Assembly: GCA_021613535.1 (NCBI GenBank)
Contig: CP075494.1
Span: forward strand, 11,036,001-11,100,000
Origin: Adineta vaga
Taxonomy: Eukaryota; Animalia; Rotifera
DNA: 64,000 nucleotides
Direction: 5' to 3'
In this document: positions 44,800 to 59,100 of the stretch, in pieces
Layout: each line of letters starts with the position of its first letter
How positions within the stretch are numbered: the stretch's first letter is position 1
Translations under genes and position numbers: made by a program
Notes under the pieces: model-generated
The model's input: the letters and a program-made list of their open reading frames with translations, nothing else
What the model was told of the DNA's origin: nothing
Databases searched by the model: none

Positions 44800-45956
44800 A
44801 TGATCAATAATAATAATAATAATATGAGTATCTTTCTAGATGAAATGGATTTTTGTCGATCTGATGGTAGACAACGTCTATCAGTGACATTAGATGCTGG
44901 TTATGTCTCTATAACACCAATATCTATTGATCAATTAACAAAAACATTAGGTTTACATGGAAGAAAATTGGTTTGTGTTATTTGCGCAATTCTTACACTC
45001 TTCTTAATTAGTTGTATTAATTTAACAGTAGGTCGACTAAATTGAGAATAATAGAAGAAAGAAAATCTGTATTTTTCAGTGTCTTTTATGGTTTATGTAT
45101 CGACTTAATTGGTCACTATTCGACAGCAATCGATCAAAACTTTTTCATTATGATCAACTTAATGAACAGATAATTTTCTTCAAACAAATGACATGTCAAG
45201 ATCTCATATACATAAATAAGTCAGATCATTCAACTCAAGTAGATATTATCTCAAATAAACACGTAATGATTTATCTTTCGTTGAAATATTTCTACCAAAT
45301 AATCCTACTTTTGTTAATCTAGATCGATATATCAGGTGATCAAAATTCCATTCTCTTCGATGATGATCAAATTCTATTCAATACTGATAATTTCTATTTT
45401 AATAATCATACAGTAGTTGATTTTGCAAATCTTGAATCTTTTAAATTTGATCATGAAATCAAAACACGTGTTCATATAAATCGACTGAATTCTCAATATG
45501 TATGAATACATGTTTTCATAAACTTTCATCGTTTTGTTTTCTCTTAGATACATGGTAAACATTTGAATATTACAGCCACAAATCAATTGACAGTATCGAA
45601 TATTCAACATGCACGTATTTTAAGTTCTATGGTAGTATTAGAAGCGAATCGTAACAATCGTCGATCAGTTCTTCGTTTTAATAATTTCCGTAGAAATGAA
45701 GAGAAATCTTTCGATCGTCAACAGGTTTATATTCATTCTTTTCATATAGATGAATTTTTGGGTTATTTTTTTTTCATAGAAAATTTCTAATGGAAATATA
45801 CGGTTTCGAAGTGATTTAATCTATTTTGATTTACCTCGATTTCCACTTTTAAATACAAATTATCGCAGTGAATCTGGTATTTATCGTCTATGTATTTGTA
45901 ATACAACACATTTATTTTTACGCAGTTTGGCTCATCAACCATGTCCTCGTTGTTGA
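44800..45956 (+). CDS. SGCB: Divergent beta-sarcoglycan-like type II membrane protein, ~5 exons (start 44800 or 44824)
   Basis: AGYVSITPI..L..TLGLHGRK followed by a TM helix with INL (cf. AGYIPIDEDRLHKTGLRGRK..INL); last exon 45780-45956 ends YRLCICNTTHLF..QPCPRC, the sarcoglycan Cys cluster. Confidence 0.75.
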
Positions 45957-46339
45957 AAATATTTTTGCAATTTATTTTTATTTGTCTCAGGTGCTTCACT
46001 GATCGTTTTGTTTCTTTTCTATTGCTCAAAGATCTCGCCGTTTTGATTTTGTAATTCACTTGCTCAAATATATTTGTCATGAATAATTTAATAAAAATCT
46101 ATCGAATTTACGAATTTGAACAGATAATCAAAAAATACATTTTGATGAATCATTTTTATAACGTTGACTTGAATAAATGATTGGTTTGAAGAATGTTATG
46201 CTTGATTGATTTTTGTTATTTTACTTTCAAACACACATAATATTGCGGACGTGCGCCTTGATATATTATTAACGCGTAATATGTTCTGATGAACTGACAG
46301 TTTTTGTTCAAATATAACCATATCTAGGGAACACCCATC

Positions 46340-49300
46340 ATGACATCAACCGAATTAACATCAGAAGATCGAGAAATGGCTGCTCCGGTCGGAGGTAAAT
46401 TTTGTGGAATGAATTTTAGTTAGGAATTGTTTCGGCTTTTAGCACTGTCTCCTGTTCAATCAGCATCATCATCAAGACGTAGTAGTATGTATCAGAGAGA
46501 CGAACAATCAGACGACAAATTGCCAGAATCAGCTTATTATATAATTATTCTCGATGGATGTGAACATTTTTGTTTTGGTGGTCTTCAAGGAATCCTACTT
46601 TTATACTTTATGCAATATTTTCATATGAGTGAAACTGATGCCACAGCGGATTATCATATATTTTCATCTATTTATCATTTTACACCACTTGTTGGTGCAA
46701 TCATAGCTGATGGTTTTCTTGGCCGTTATTCAACTATAGTAATACTCGCTATTGTTTATTTGATTGGAGCATTTATCTTAAGTATTACAACAATACCAAA
46801 AATTGGTCATATGCAATTGTATGTTTCATAGATAAAAACTTCTTCGATTACTTCTATTCGTTTAGAATTGGACCGGTTTTGGGCTTATTTTTAATTGCAG
46901 TCGGAGCGGGTGGAATGAAACCTTGTTTAAGCACTTTTGGTGGTGATCAAATACCCAAATCGAATGTAAAAAATCGAGAATATATTAAGTTCAAAATAGA
47001 TTTTTGTTTGTCTTTCACTAGATGCAACTATTGAATCATTTGTTTAGTACGTTTTATCTTGTAACACAAATTGCTGCATTAGTATCCAGGACTTTAACAC
47101 CTTTACTTCGAAGTAAATATCATGATATACAATTAAGACTTTTTTGTAGAAAATAAAATTTCAGGTGATGTTCAATGTTTTGGTTATGATTGTTATCCAT
47201 TAGCTTTTTCCGTATCATCATGTGCAATATTATTTGGAATTAGTAAAACTTACGAAAAAACAATGTTTGAAATCATCTTATTTGATTTGTTGTATTCTAG
47301 TTCTATTTATTATTGGTACTCCATTGTATAAACGTATTCCACGAAAAGATAATGTCATTGCGCAATTTGCATATATTATATGGGTAATATCAATTGATGC
47401 TACCGATTAGTAAGATAGTCATTAAAACTTCTGTTTTGATTAGAGAGCATTACGCAATAGAATATTTCGTTCTAAAACGGAGACGAAAGAACATCTTTTA
47501 TATCATGCTGATGATAAATATAGTGTAAGTCGAGAAATATCAATGATAAACAAAATTGTATGGAATGTTTTCTAGAAAGTTGATATCGACGAAGTTCGAT
47601 TGGTCCTTCGTGTTCTTCTACTTTTTCTACCAAACGCAGTATTTCAGGCACTACAGAGTCAAAAAGGTTCACGTTGGACTTTACAAGCATCTTTAATGAG
47701 TGGTAACCTAGTATGTATCTATTTTTAAACACAAAAGAAGAAAGATGATGTCACACATATATATATTTAGGGACCACTTTTTACACTTCAACCTGATCAA
47801 ATGCAAGTCTTATCTTTTGCACTTGTGCTTTTGTTCATTCCATTATTCAATCGAGTTATTTATCCAGCAGCGGCTCGATTTAATTGGTTATTACAGTAAT
47901 ATAATCTTATGGAAAAAAAAAACTTTTAATTAATTTAAATATAAATAGACCGTTACAACGAATCTTTCTTGGATTAATTCTTACGGGTATTGCTTTTGTT
48001 ATTGCGGCAATTCTACAAGAAACAATTGAAGTATCAGATTCTTTTTCCGAATTCTTAATAAGACAAGTGTAGCATAGTTTTTCTTCTCTAGAGAAAAGAA
48101 GATGCAGTTCCTGTACGTTACTTTACAGATGTTTACAATGGTTATCATTGTTCAATATCAATCAATTCGGATATTCAACTCCCAGTTGGAAATGTTAGTT
48201 TTTGTTTGTTTTCTAATTGTTTTGTTTTACTATCAATATTGCTCATTTAGATTTATCAATTTTCCTGTACAGAATTACAGGAAAGTAAATTAAGTATTGC
48301 TTCAACATGTGGTAATCAAACTATCACCTATAAATTAGCCAAAGATAAACTTTGTCCATCAATAATAATCATAGCCGATGAGAACAAGACATTATCTGAC
48401 TCAGCAATCAAACTAACACCAGTTAGAAAATCATTTTTTTCCTTGAGTATAATTCTCAGTTTTCTTTTATTTACTTTAGTTAACAAATCCAATTTCAAGA
48501 TCTCGCGGTGTAAAACAATATGCTTTATTACGGTAATAGAATTTAATAGAAATTTTTTTTTGACATCGTCATGTTATCCTATAGTATGGCAGCTTTTGAT
48601 AATGTAACCGACGCGTTAATTACCATAACCCCGAATCAATATCAGTTTAATGTAACTGGAGAATTAGAACCAACTGAATATCAAACTTTTCTCGAAGCCA
48701 CGTAATTCTCTTGATAATAAAAAAAAAATTTTATTCAAATTATTTAATCTTAATGTAGGTATAGAATTAGCACGACAAATACAAATCGGACACCATATGG
48801 ATCATTCTATGTTCGGAGAACTGCTGTTTATACCGTACTTCTTGTAAACCATGGTGAAAATGAGGTATGTACACAAATTCCTACGCACAGCGATGTTGCG
48901 AATGTGTTTACTCGATTTACTCATCTTTTTCTATTATCTTCAGATACATACAGTTCTTTTCGAAGATGTCCCACCATTTACAGTGCATATGTTCTGGCAA
49001 ATCTTTCAATACATATTTTTGGCAAGTGGTGATGTTTTAGTCAATGTAACTGTTCTTATATTTGCTTATTCTGAGGCACCAAAACGTTATAAAGTGATTA
49101 TTTCATCATTATGGATATTAACAGCATCTCTTGGTGATATTCTTGTGATTGTAGTAGCTGAATCTCACATTGCTCGAACTCAAGTAAATGATCACATTTT
49201 TAATAAGAAAATTCATAAATGGATTTTAACGATATTTTTTTTCTTTAGACTGGCGAATTTTTATTTTTTGCTGCTTTAATGGCTTTTGCTACATATATTT

Positions 49301-49404
49301 TTGGTATGTTAGCTATTCATTATGAGGAAAATCGTTTATTTGAAGATATGGACGAGCCAACTGAAGATCAACATTTGCTTACTGAACAAAATACACCGCA
49401 TTAA
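46340..49404 (+). CDS. SLC15A: SLC15/POT family oligopeptide transporter (PEPT1/2-like) with extracellular domain, many exons
   Basis: FTPLVGAIIADGFLGRYSTI; LIAVGAGGMKPCLSTFGGDQ; PLLRSDVQCFG..CYPLAF; QKGSRWTLQA; QPDQMQ; PLQR; WQIFQY; FAYSEAP. Confidence 0.92.
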
Positions 49405-49504
49405 GTTCGCTTGATTTTGTAATAAAATTCAAATTTTATTTCATCAAAGTCTTTCTTTTTTTCTTTCATATTTTATTTTAACAGAATTAGGTATCAGTTT
49501 GATC

Positions 49505-49878
49505 TTATGCTGATCGAATAGAACGACGGCCGACACGCGGTAACATGATTATACGTTTAGCCAATTGAACACTATCAGGATTGAATTGTTTTTTATGATA
49601 ATAGTAATCATCATAAGAAAGTTTACCGTTCAATCGATCATTAAGAGCAGAAGCATAGTTATTGATGAAGGAATTTTCGATTTGTGTTTGGACTTCATCA
49701 TCAGCAGCAGTAGCAATTGTTGGTTGAGTATTGCCAATTTGAATAAATGTGCAAAGAAGCACAAGACAAAACATTACTAATAGAAGAAAAAAAGAAAATA
49801 TCCGATAATCAAGTTTGTAAATTAAACATCAAATGTTTATTAATTACATGTTAAATTGGAGAAGATTTTCGAATTCAT
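49505..49878 (-). CDS. Neuropeptide precursor encoding the PRXamide IIMLPRV-amide; exons 49878-49848, 49776-49505
   Basis: Signal peptide MNSKIFSNLTLMFCLVLLCTFIQIGNT; KR-IIMLPRV-G-RR cleavage and amidation cassette. Confidence 0.82.
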
Positions 49879-51102
49879 CTTTGTGTCGAAGATATTGATA
49901 TGAATGCGAGAGAAGAAGCTAGTACGCACGTCTGTATGTGTGTGTATCGAAATGAGTATGAAAGAAGATGTTATTATAATTCTTCAGGAAAGCTTGCTTA
50001 TCAAATATGAATATCTATGTGAAGGTTCTGTGACGCACGGTTGCTAGAAAGGTGTTAAAGAGGAAAAAAAGAGTTCAATACAGAGATTGACTTTGTGACG
50101 TCTTTCTTTTTGTTTTCCGGGCGAATTTAAGTGAAAGAAAAAGATATAGATGATCTCATGTCACCTACAAATAAATAAAATAATCAACTTTTCTGAAACA
50201 ACCATAAAAAATGTACATAAGTCAATATTTGGTTAATTTTCTTTTTGTCATTCTTAGAAATGTGTAAATATCTAGAGATAGGAATAGTGTGACATGCTCT
50301 TCATTGAATTATTGATAAACCACCTTCACAGTAAAAAAATTATGACGACTTAAGAAACCAAATGATACTGTCAATACTCTAGATTTTTTTGTGAAATTAG
50401 TTTTGAATAGATAATCAAAATAATCTTTGATCTCGTTTTCATGAGAAGAATGAAAGAGTTTTAGTATCGAAAAAATCTTATGAAAATCAAAGCAAAAGAG
50501 TTGAAGAATGATATAATCTGATCTTACATTACTGAAAAAATTGATTGAAATTATTCTTGCTTATTTCAGTGCAGTATATATCCTTCAATGTTAATTACAT
50601 CATGAAGTCTATTTTGAAGTTATACTAGATGATTTTTGTATCTACAATACAGATTTGCTATTATTAGATTATATTTTTTTAATCTCATTTGACGTTTCTC
50701 TTCCGATGCGAATATTAATAAACATATTATCTTTATTTCTAAATTAAAAAGAGATTTTAGATTGTAAATTTTTGTCAAATTGCGTATAATTCGACTATTT
50801 CTAGCGCTGATTCGTCTGGTTACTGATTCCAAATAGATCTCGATAAGCTCTACGGATTTTACTAGTCATTTTCTGTTCTATCTTATTCATCGTCACTCAA
50901 AAATGTAAAATAATCCAAAAAAATCCATGTAGATTCATCTCTAAACTAATATGTCATCGTAGTGAACGCTCTCAATTGAATAGCTAAGTTCATTTATTTA
51001 TAAATATGTTACTATAACAAAAACGAAGATTGAGATAAAAATCTACTAAAAAAAGTTCTATCGCAATGTAAGTTTTAAAAGTGAGAAGAAAAACTAAGGA
51101 TT

Positions 51103-51108
51103 AAAAAA
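51103..51108 (-). terminator. RNA polymerase III oligo-T terminator of the 5S gene
   Basis: TTTTTT on the minus strand at the 5S 3' end. Confidence 0.85.
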
Positions 51109-51226
51109 GCTTACGACACTCGGTATTCCCAGGCGGTCACCCATCCAAGTACTAACCGAGCCCGACGTTGCTTAACTTCAGTGATCGGACGAGAACTGGT
51201 GTATTCAACGTGGTATGGCCGTAAGC
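51108..51226 (-). rRNA. 5S rRNA: 5S rRNA gene, single copy
   Basis: GCTTACGGCCATACCACGTTGAA...CCGATCACTGAAGTTAAGC...GTTAGTACTTGGATGGGTGACCGCCTGGGAATAC...GTAAGCT; 119 nt; paired ends; box A and box C intact. Confidence 0.97.
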
Positions 51227-51794
51227 GACAACCTTACTTCAATATTCAATAGCCATCATGAAAAAAAAAAAGTTATCTATTAGTCACATAAACACTTGAA
51301 TTCATCAGAGAATATTAATATCAAAATCTATTCATATTTCAAATTAACATGTTTTATTTTATTTTATTTAAATTGATTGATTGCACAAATGTTCGTTTGC
51401 TTTCACTAACGTTCTTTTTCTCATTTGGTTGAACGTCCAATCAAAGGTATCATGCATATACACATCGAAATCACATCAAACAACAAGAAAGATACAGCAC
51501 AAACACATCAATCAATTGAATACGGTTGATCAAGAAGCAGATATCATGAAGATAGCATAAACAAACGAACGAATAGAGAAAAGAATTTTGCTTTTACAAA
51601 TCATCAATGAAAGACACAGAAAAAGGAGAAGACAAAGCCGACAACAATAAATGTATTCTATTCACAAATTTCTGATTAAGGGGAATGAGAAAAAAAAGAA
51701 GAGTTTTACGTGTATGTAAATAGAAAGAGAAATTAGGAAAAGCAGGACTTTATACACAGAACACATACACGAAGAACAAAAGAATTAGTTTCTT

Positions 51795-53144
51795 TCAAGC
51801 TTTGATTTCTTTCAATTCACTGATCTGTTTAATTAGATAAGCTTTCTCATCATTGAACTGTTCATCATCGGTACCTATTTAAATCGAATAATTATAAGAA
51901 ATATTCTAAATAGATAACTTACGATCTGTATGAAAAGTATTTAGAAATTCAATCAGCTTCTCTCGATTACGAATAAGTATATCCGAAATAGCTTTGGGTT
52001 TCGAAGGATTTGCTACAAATATCTAATCAATAAAAAGAATAGAATTTGATTAAAATTCCATATTAATCAAACCTTGAACACATGAAATGCTTCGAATTGA
52101 ATATTTTTACTTTTTTCTTTCAATAAATTCATTTGTTGTTTTAAATTATCAGGATTTGTTATAAATTTTGTCATTACTGAAAAATTATAACGATCAAGCA
52201 ATAGTTCACCGAGTAACTACAATGAATGAAAATTTTCGATTGAAAAAACTTGAAAAATTTAATTTAATTTACTTTCAAAGATTGTCGACGTGTTACATAG
52301 TTCTCTGAATTTAATAGATCACGATATTTTGTAAAAAATAAATCGTAATTACGTTCAAGAAAATCTGCACATAAAGATTTATGTTTAGTTAATAAATCCT
52401 AAATAGAAAAAGATTACAAATTTAACACTAGAAAGAAAACGTCTCATATTCAATTCATACCTTGAAAGTCGCAAAAGCATCACTAGCAATATCGAATGTA
52501 GATTTTTGTACATAATCAAAAAATTTATAAAATTCATCTGATTTCAAAATAATCTCTGCTAATTCTTGAACACGTATACATTCACGTAACATCATACCAC
52601 AATTAAGTGCGATATCAGCATTCTCATATCTAGAAAGAAAAGTAAAAAAAACTAAGTTCAAAAATCTTTTGGAATGATTATTACCCTTCAATTAATTTAA
52701 ATAATATTCCCTGTCTTTGAATAATATGATCAACAGCGGGATATTTCGTTCCAACTTGTCGACGTAGAAGATTGTTAAATATTGCCACAATTTCTTTTCG
52801 ATCTTCAAATGTTACTCGACTTAAGTTATTAATCATAGTTGTTAAAAGTTCGTAGGAATATATTCCACTACATAATTGTGACACATCACTTATTGCTGGT
52901 TCGCTACTTCCATCACGTGGACCAAATAAACCATCCTTTAAAGCAAGTAACGCTTTATGAATACTTTTAATTGCCTAAATTTACCAAAGATTGAAGAAAT
53001 TCATGCGAAAAAGAATCCTATTTTTACCTCATCATAGTTCTTCTTCTCTTTATCTTGTTCAGTTTCAATAACTGTGAAACATTCTTTAAGATGTTTTACA
53101 TAATCTGTCTTCGAACGAGACGATAATAAAGCACTAAACGGCAT
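51795..53144 (-). CDS. CAB39: MO25/calcium-binding protein 39, multi-exon
   Basis: [11 protein letters not shown]; [14 protein letters not shown]; [21 protein letters not shown]; [23 protein letters not shown]; [16 protein letters not shown]; [16 protein letters not shown]. Confidence 0.95.
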
Positions 53145-54091
53145 TTTCGACAAAATGCCAATGAAATAAATATATCACCTGAAAAAAGATGTATGCGTGT
53201 TTCTTCTTCAATCAGAACAAGATGCGAAGGAATATCTAAAACAGATATCGAAAACGAGAACAAATTATTCAAAATAAGTCTTTTATCAGTGATTACGTGT
53301 TAAGAAAAAGAAAAATATACTTCCCAAACAACACAACAAATAAAACATATCATCATCGTATCTTGTTTCGCCCACACGCACACGCTTGCGATTCTTGTCA
53401 AAAGACGAAGATTGGTGATTGTTTCCTTTCCAATCCAAATAAATAAGCATCAGAGGGCACCACTGGAAATTTCACTACTGAGAAGATTCAATGAGATTTC
53501 TTACACGACTATTCAGGCTCAAAGAAAAAATAAGAAGAAATGAATAAGTTACTTGTTACCAACTCTATAACAAAAGTATTCGATCCGAAGTTGAGGTACG
53601 AAGATTAAATATAGACATCTTCCATAGAATGAAAAGAAAGTACAAATTGATATTTGCAATGAGTGTACTCGTGACCATTTGCAATAACGAAAGACGTCAT
53701 AAAACGTCAGCAGACAACAATTTACGATCATTTACAATGTTCGATATGACTTACCGTTATAAAATACAAAGAAATTGCGTTAGAAGTCAAATATATACTA
53801 TGAGTACTCTCGTGTAAATCATTTCTTCATAAACTATTGAAAGAAATATCAATAAAATGTTTAATCGATCGAATTAGTTTCCATTTTAAAATCGGTAAGT
53901 TTGATATAATAATATTTTATTTTTTGGACTGTTCTTTTATAATAAAATTCGAATAGAAACACATAGAAAATCTGAATAAAAAAAGAAGCGAGAAAAAGAA
54001 TGATTTTGTATTGTTCTTTTTGAAACAAATGAATTATTTCAAAAGAAAAAGAACGAAATCCATTCTTTTAAATAGTTTTTATTAATAAAAA

Positions 54092-55255
54092 TCAATCAAC
54101 TGGTTCATAACGATGTTTACTAAGTTGATGAGCCAAACAACACGAAAGAATAATACCCATCAGTGGAAAGAGAGCAATAGCTAAAATAATACCACCAAAA
54201 ATTGGATAATTACTTTTAATTGCCGATAAAACCGTTGGATAACATCCCTAAAATATAAATGAACTTCAATGTCTGACAAAATCTATTCAAATAAAACAAT
54301 GTATCATTCAATTTTCTTACATTTATATTAAGATCCGTTGGAAGATTATCTTTTTGAAGGTTAGTTCGTATACATGTATGATTTAATGATTTTTTACAAC
54401 ATGATAATGGAACTTGATTTTGTGAACTACCATAGGATGTTTCAAACCAATCTGTATATGAATCAACACCACAACATGATAACTAAGGAACGAAAATTTA
54501 AACTCGAATTGAAACTTTATTTCATTAAATAAACCTACTGCTCGTTGAAGATGATCAACATGTGAACTCATTGATGTTCGAGGATATTGCAACATAATTT
54601 TTCTTACACTTGTTTTAAATGAACTCTCGTACTAGAGAAAAAAAGTATGGATATATATAGACAATAATATATGCCTGAAAGTTTTTTTATGAAACTTACT
54701 GTTTGTTTTTTCATTATAATAGTAACTGCCAAGATAACTTCCGCAATTAAGATTAGTAGAATAATAATTGAATACTATAATAAAGGATAATATTTATCAT
54801 CGACTATTAAATTACAACTTACAATATATAGAAGAGTAATGTGACCTCTTATTGTACACCTAAATGTAAAAGAATGATTTTGATTTTGGCTAATTTAATC
54901 AATCATACCAGAATGCTAAAAGACCAATAAAAAGAACGGCAATTCCAAGACCCATCTAAATTGATAAATATTATTTTCATTGAAATAAAGAAATAAATGA
55001 TAACATACTACAACATAAGGTGATGATGATTTCATCTCGGGTGTAATTTCTAAAAACTCCTTAAAATGACTTCGTAAAGCAATGCCAAGTATAACTAAAA
55101 GTCCACCACTAAGCTATGGAAAGAAAAAAAAAAGAAATATTTAGATAATTTACGTTGTTGATAAAATAGTTTACTATAAAAATCAAATTGACAAAAAATA
55201 ATAATGTACGAAGAAAGGCAAGGCTTGCCGAAGTTTGAACGTGTCGCCAAGTCAT
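54092..55255 (-). CDS. Tetraspanin, multi-exon
   Basis: Four TM segments; large loop with CCG..SYTDW, VPLSCC and GC; C-terminal YEPV sorting motif. Confidence 0.9.
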
Positions 55256-56180
55256 TTGAAATTGTATTAAAAAGTCACTGAATGTACTAACGGATTAAAT
55301 TCTTTGTATAGAACTGTTATTTTCACAGTTTGATTGGAGATTATATAGGCATCAGATAGATTTTCTTTCATTCTTCTCGTCGATTTCACACTGTAGAGAT
55401 AAATAAAGATATATGCATGTCTTATTAACATCGGTATGCATATAGTCCGTTCGTCTTGACCAAGAAATGAAATTAAAATAAACTAAGGAGAATAAGAAGA
55501 TCACGTATAGTTTCGATAACTTTTTATGCATTTATAATCATGAATGAACCAACAAAATATTACCACAATAGCTCAGATTTGAATACATTTCATTTGTATT
55601 TAAAGAAATCAAATCACACATGAAAATTCATTCGTCTTGTTAAGACTGAACGATTACCATCCTATTATATTTATCGTTTTAAGTAGACATACTCTATTCC
55701 ATCATTAAATCGAAATAAGTCTCTTATCTGACGACATATATATTGAATGTGTCTAGCAATTCAAGGACACATACTTAATAATGTATGATTAATGGCAATT
55801 TACCTTCTTTCTCTCTCTCTCTCTGTCTATATCTAGATATCTTAAGTAGATATTTGTTTTTAATAATTTATTAGGAAAGAAAACCACGACGATTAATTAC
55901 AAGCACAAAAAAAAGTGTGAAGTTCGTGTCATCTGCATATAATACAAGAGATCAAAGAAAAACGAACGAAAAAAATCTGTATTGTGTAATCTACCAAAGA
56001 AAAGAAAAAGTGATGAGAATATTGAAGGTTATCTGTGTCAATAGCCGAAAAAAGAATCTCTACAAATATGTGTATATCTATTATGAATAAAGGAGTATAC
56101 AAACAAACCCTGAAAAAAGAGAGAGATACAACATCAATGACAACAGAAAAAAAAATGCTATTGGAAATCGATTATTGTAA

Positions 56181-59100
56181 TTAACATTTAGGTGTTTGAT
56201 TTTCGAAAAATTTATATGTGGGATTTTCATAGCCATTCATTTGTAAAGCATGTAAAGCTTTTTCTTCAGGTGTACATGAATCAACTTCTGTGAAAACATA
56301 ATTCTTTTCATATTTATGTCCATAGGAACGATTTTGTCGAATAAATCGAAAGATGAATAAACCAATCATCATACATACAACAAGTAAACATCCAAATACA
56401 TATGGTAAATATGTAATAAAAATATTTTTCGGAACACGTTTTATTGGGATTATTGGACGAATATCATTCTAAAAGAAAAGATATAATAAAATAAATTTTC
56501 TATTAAATATCATCATTTTTTTTACTTCATTAATAAAGGCTTGTTGATTTTGATCATCAATTTTAATATCAAAGATGGCTTCATTTTCATCATTACTATT
56601 ATCCCAATCACTTTCGCCAGGTTCTATTTGATCATAATTAATTGGTTCAGGTTCACTTGTTGTTACTGTACTTGTTGAAGATTTATCTTCACCTTCATCT
56701 TCAACATCATATTCATCATTACTAGCGTAATCGTATTCACTGTCATTGTCAGTATCATAAGAATTTGTTGTTGTTGTTGTTGTTGATGATGATTTTGAAA
56801 ATGGATAGATCTTCTTTTCATCTCGACCGAGTGGTGAAAGACGAATTTTCTTTGTCGTTGCAACTGTTGTTGTTGTTGTTGTTTTTGTTGTCGTTGAAGT
56901 AGCTACATAATCACTTAATAATTTATCAGCTGCTTGATTAACTTCATCATATTCCGTGAAGAGAGTATCTTTAAGAATGAAATGAATATGCATATATTGA
57001 CAAGAATATCATGTTTCTTACCGATACGAGGTTGAATTTTCGATTGAAGATTTGGATATCGTCGAAGTTGATTTAATGCATCATTGATACGATTAACAAT
57101 TAATCGTAATCGTTCATGTATTGATACTCGTTTATGGTCGGCTTGTTCTCGATCAACGGCACGTAAACGTTCATAACGATTAACTAGATGAATACGATCA
57201 CGTAATAAAATTTGAAGATAATTATAAAGACATTCTTGAATATCTTCAGTCTAAAAATAATTATAGATCAGAAGAAAAGAATTCTTTGTGTTTTCTTCTA
57301 TTGATAAATATGTCGAGAGGAAAAAGAAAAAAAAATGTTATAAACAGAATGAAGTAGAAAAAGAAAAAGCAATTAAAAGAAGTCTCCTACTTTTTCCTTC
57401 AAGTATATACTCTACAACGGACGTTCAGTTCAACAATTACGTTCGTTCGTTTCTTTCTTCCGTTCATTCACACTAGGCCATTTATGTACTTAATAAGTAG
57501 CTCTCTTTCATTCTCAAGTACGCACACTACTCCTATTATTAATAATCAATCTCTATGTTCATGTACATATGTTTCTTTCTTTCTTTCATTCGCTTGTCAA
57601 ATATACATAGATACATAAAACAGATACAATCGACCTTCTCTGTCTTTCTGATAGATAAGCGAATTGTTGATTCATTTTGTCAATAATGATGTAACAATAA
57701 CATATTCAACATACCTTCAGTGGTTGATTGTTCCATGCATTAATGAGTTTTTGATTAGCTTCTGTTTTTGCTGAATTAAATGCTGTATCTAAATGAATTT
57801 CATGTAATTCATTAAGACGTGTTCGTTCACGATTAGCAGCTTGTTTGATAAAATCATATTCTCGACGAAAATCAATATCACTCGTTTCATATTGTTGTTG
57901 AGCTGCACTGGCATTACGATTCGCTAACAATTGAATTTCATTTTGACGAGTTTGCCAACGAGTTTTTAATTCATCAATTTGTTCTTTATATTTTCGTTTG
58001 AAATCTTCTTTATCTTTAGTAAATCGTTCACGTTCTTCACTTGATGGTGGGTCATCATTTGTGTCTTCATCATCTATAATTATGAAATAAAAGAAAACTA
58101 TAGATGCTAGAAAAATGTTCATACCAGCAAAATATGCCGAATCAGTATTCCATCGACGATAATCTTCCATCCAATTGGGTTCACCTTGATCGAAGAAAAG
58201 AGAAAAAAACGAGACATTTTTTTAATTTGTTTCTTCAAAGTATAAAAATTCGGTTAAGATCTAAGACTAATTCATAGAAAATTACATACGCATGAATAAA
58301 TATCAAGCGAGTATCTATCAAGGATCTTTTCTTTTTCTCACACCGGAAGTTTAAAACTGAACTTCCTTTTCTTGTCAAAATAATTTTTCAGTTGTATATT
58401 CTTACGTGATGCAAGCGTCATCGCTATAATTCGTCGATTGGATGTGGGTGAGGAATCTCGAATAGGATCATCTTCAGCTAAATCATTGTCATCTTGTTCA
58501 TCGAGACTTGTTTCATAATCATTATCAATAATTTTTTTTGATGGACAGCAAATAAATTCGATACTACCAAATGTTGCAAGGCCACACCAATCGAATGACA
58601 TGATTGAATTATTTAAACTCATACTTTTATTTTCACATTCACGAGATGCTAATTGTTGCCATTTTTCAGCACGTGAGCATTCACCTGTACCAATAATACT
58701 ATGCATTGAACAGTCAGTTGCTGGTAAAATGATATCTTCGCGTTTAGCATTTGCAGATAAACAACGATATGGTTGAACAACTTCTTCGGTTCCACTACCT
58801 TGTTTACATCGATGAATATTATCACCATTTTTGTCAATTGGAGAGATTAATTCACACCAATTTTCGAAACGTAATACTGTATCTAGGCGAACAATATTGC
58901 CAATACGAAGTGATGGATAAGCCTAAGAAAAGACAGATTCAATTTTTGACAATGAACTTTTCAGTTGTTTTTCTTTTACTTGTTGACAAAATTCTAAAAT
59001 ACTTTGTTCATTATTTACACATGAACTGATTAAATGTTCAACCCAAACATGCTTGTCAATATCATAATACAAATTAGCTTTCGAACTTTCGCAACCTAGA

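Noticed and set aside
56760-56900. (GTT)n tandem repeats
   Set aside because: They encode poly-Thr runs in the APP linker; not an independent repeat element
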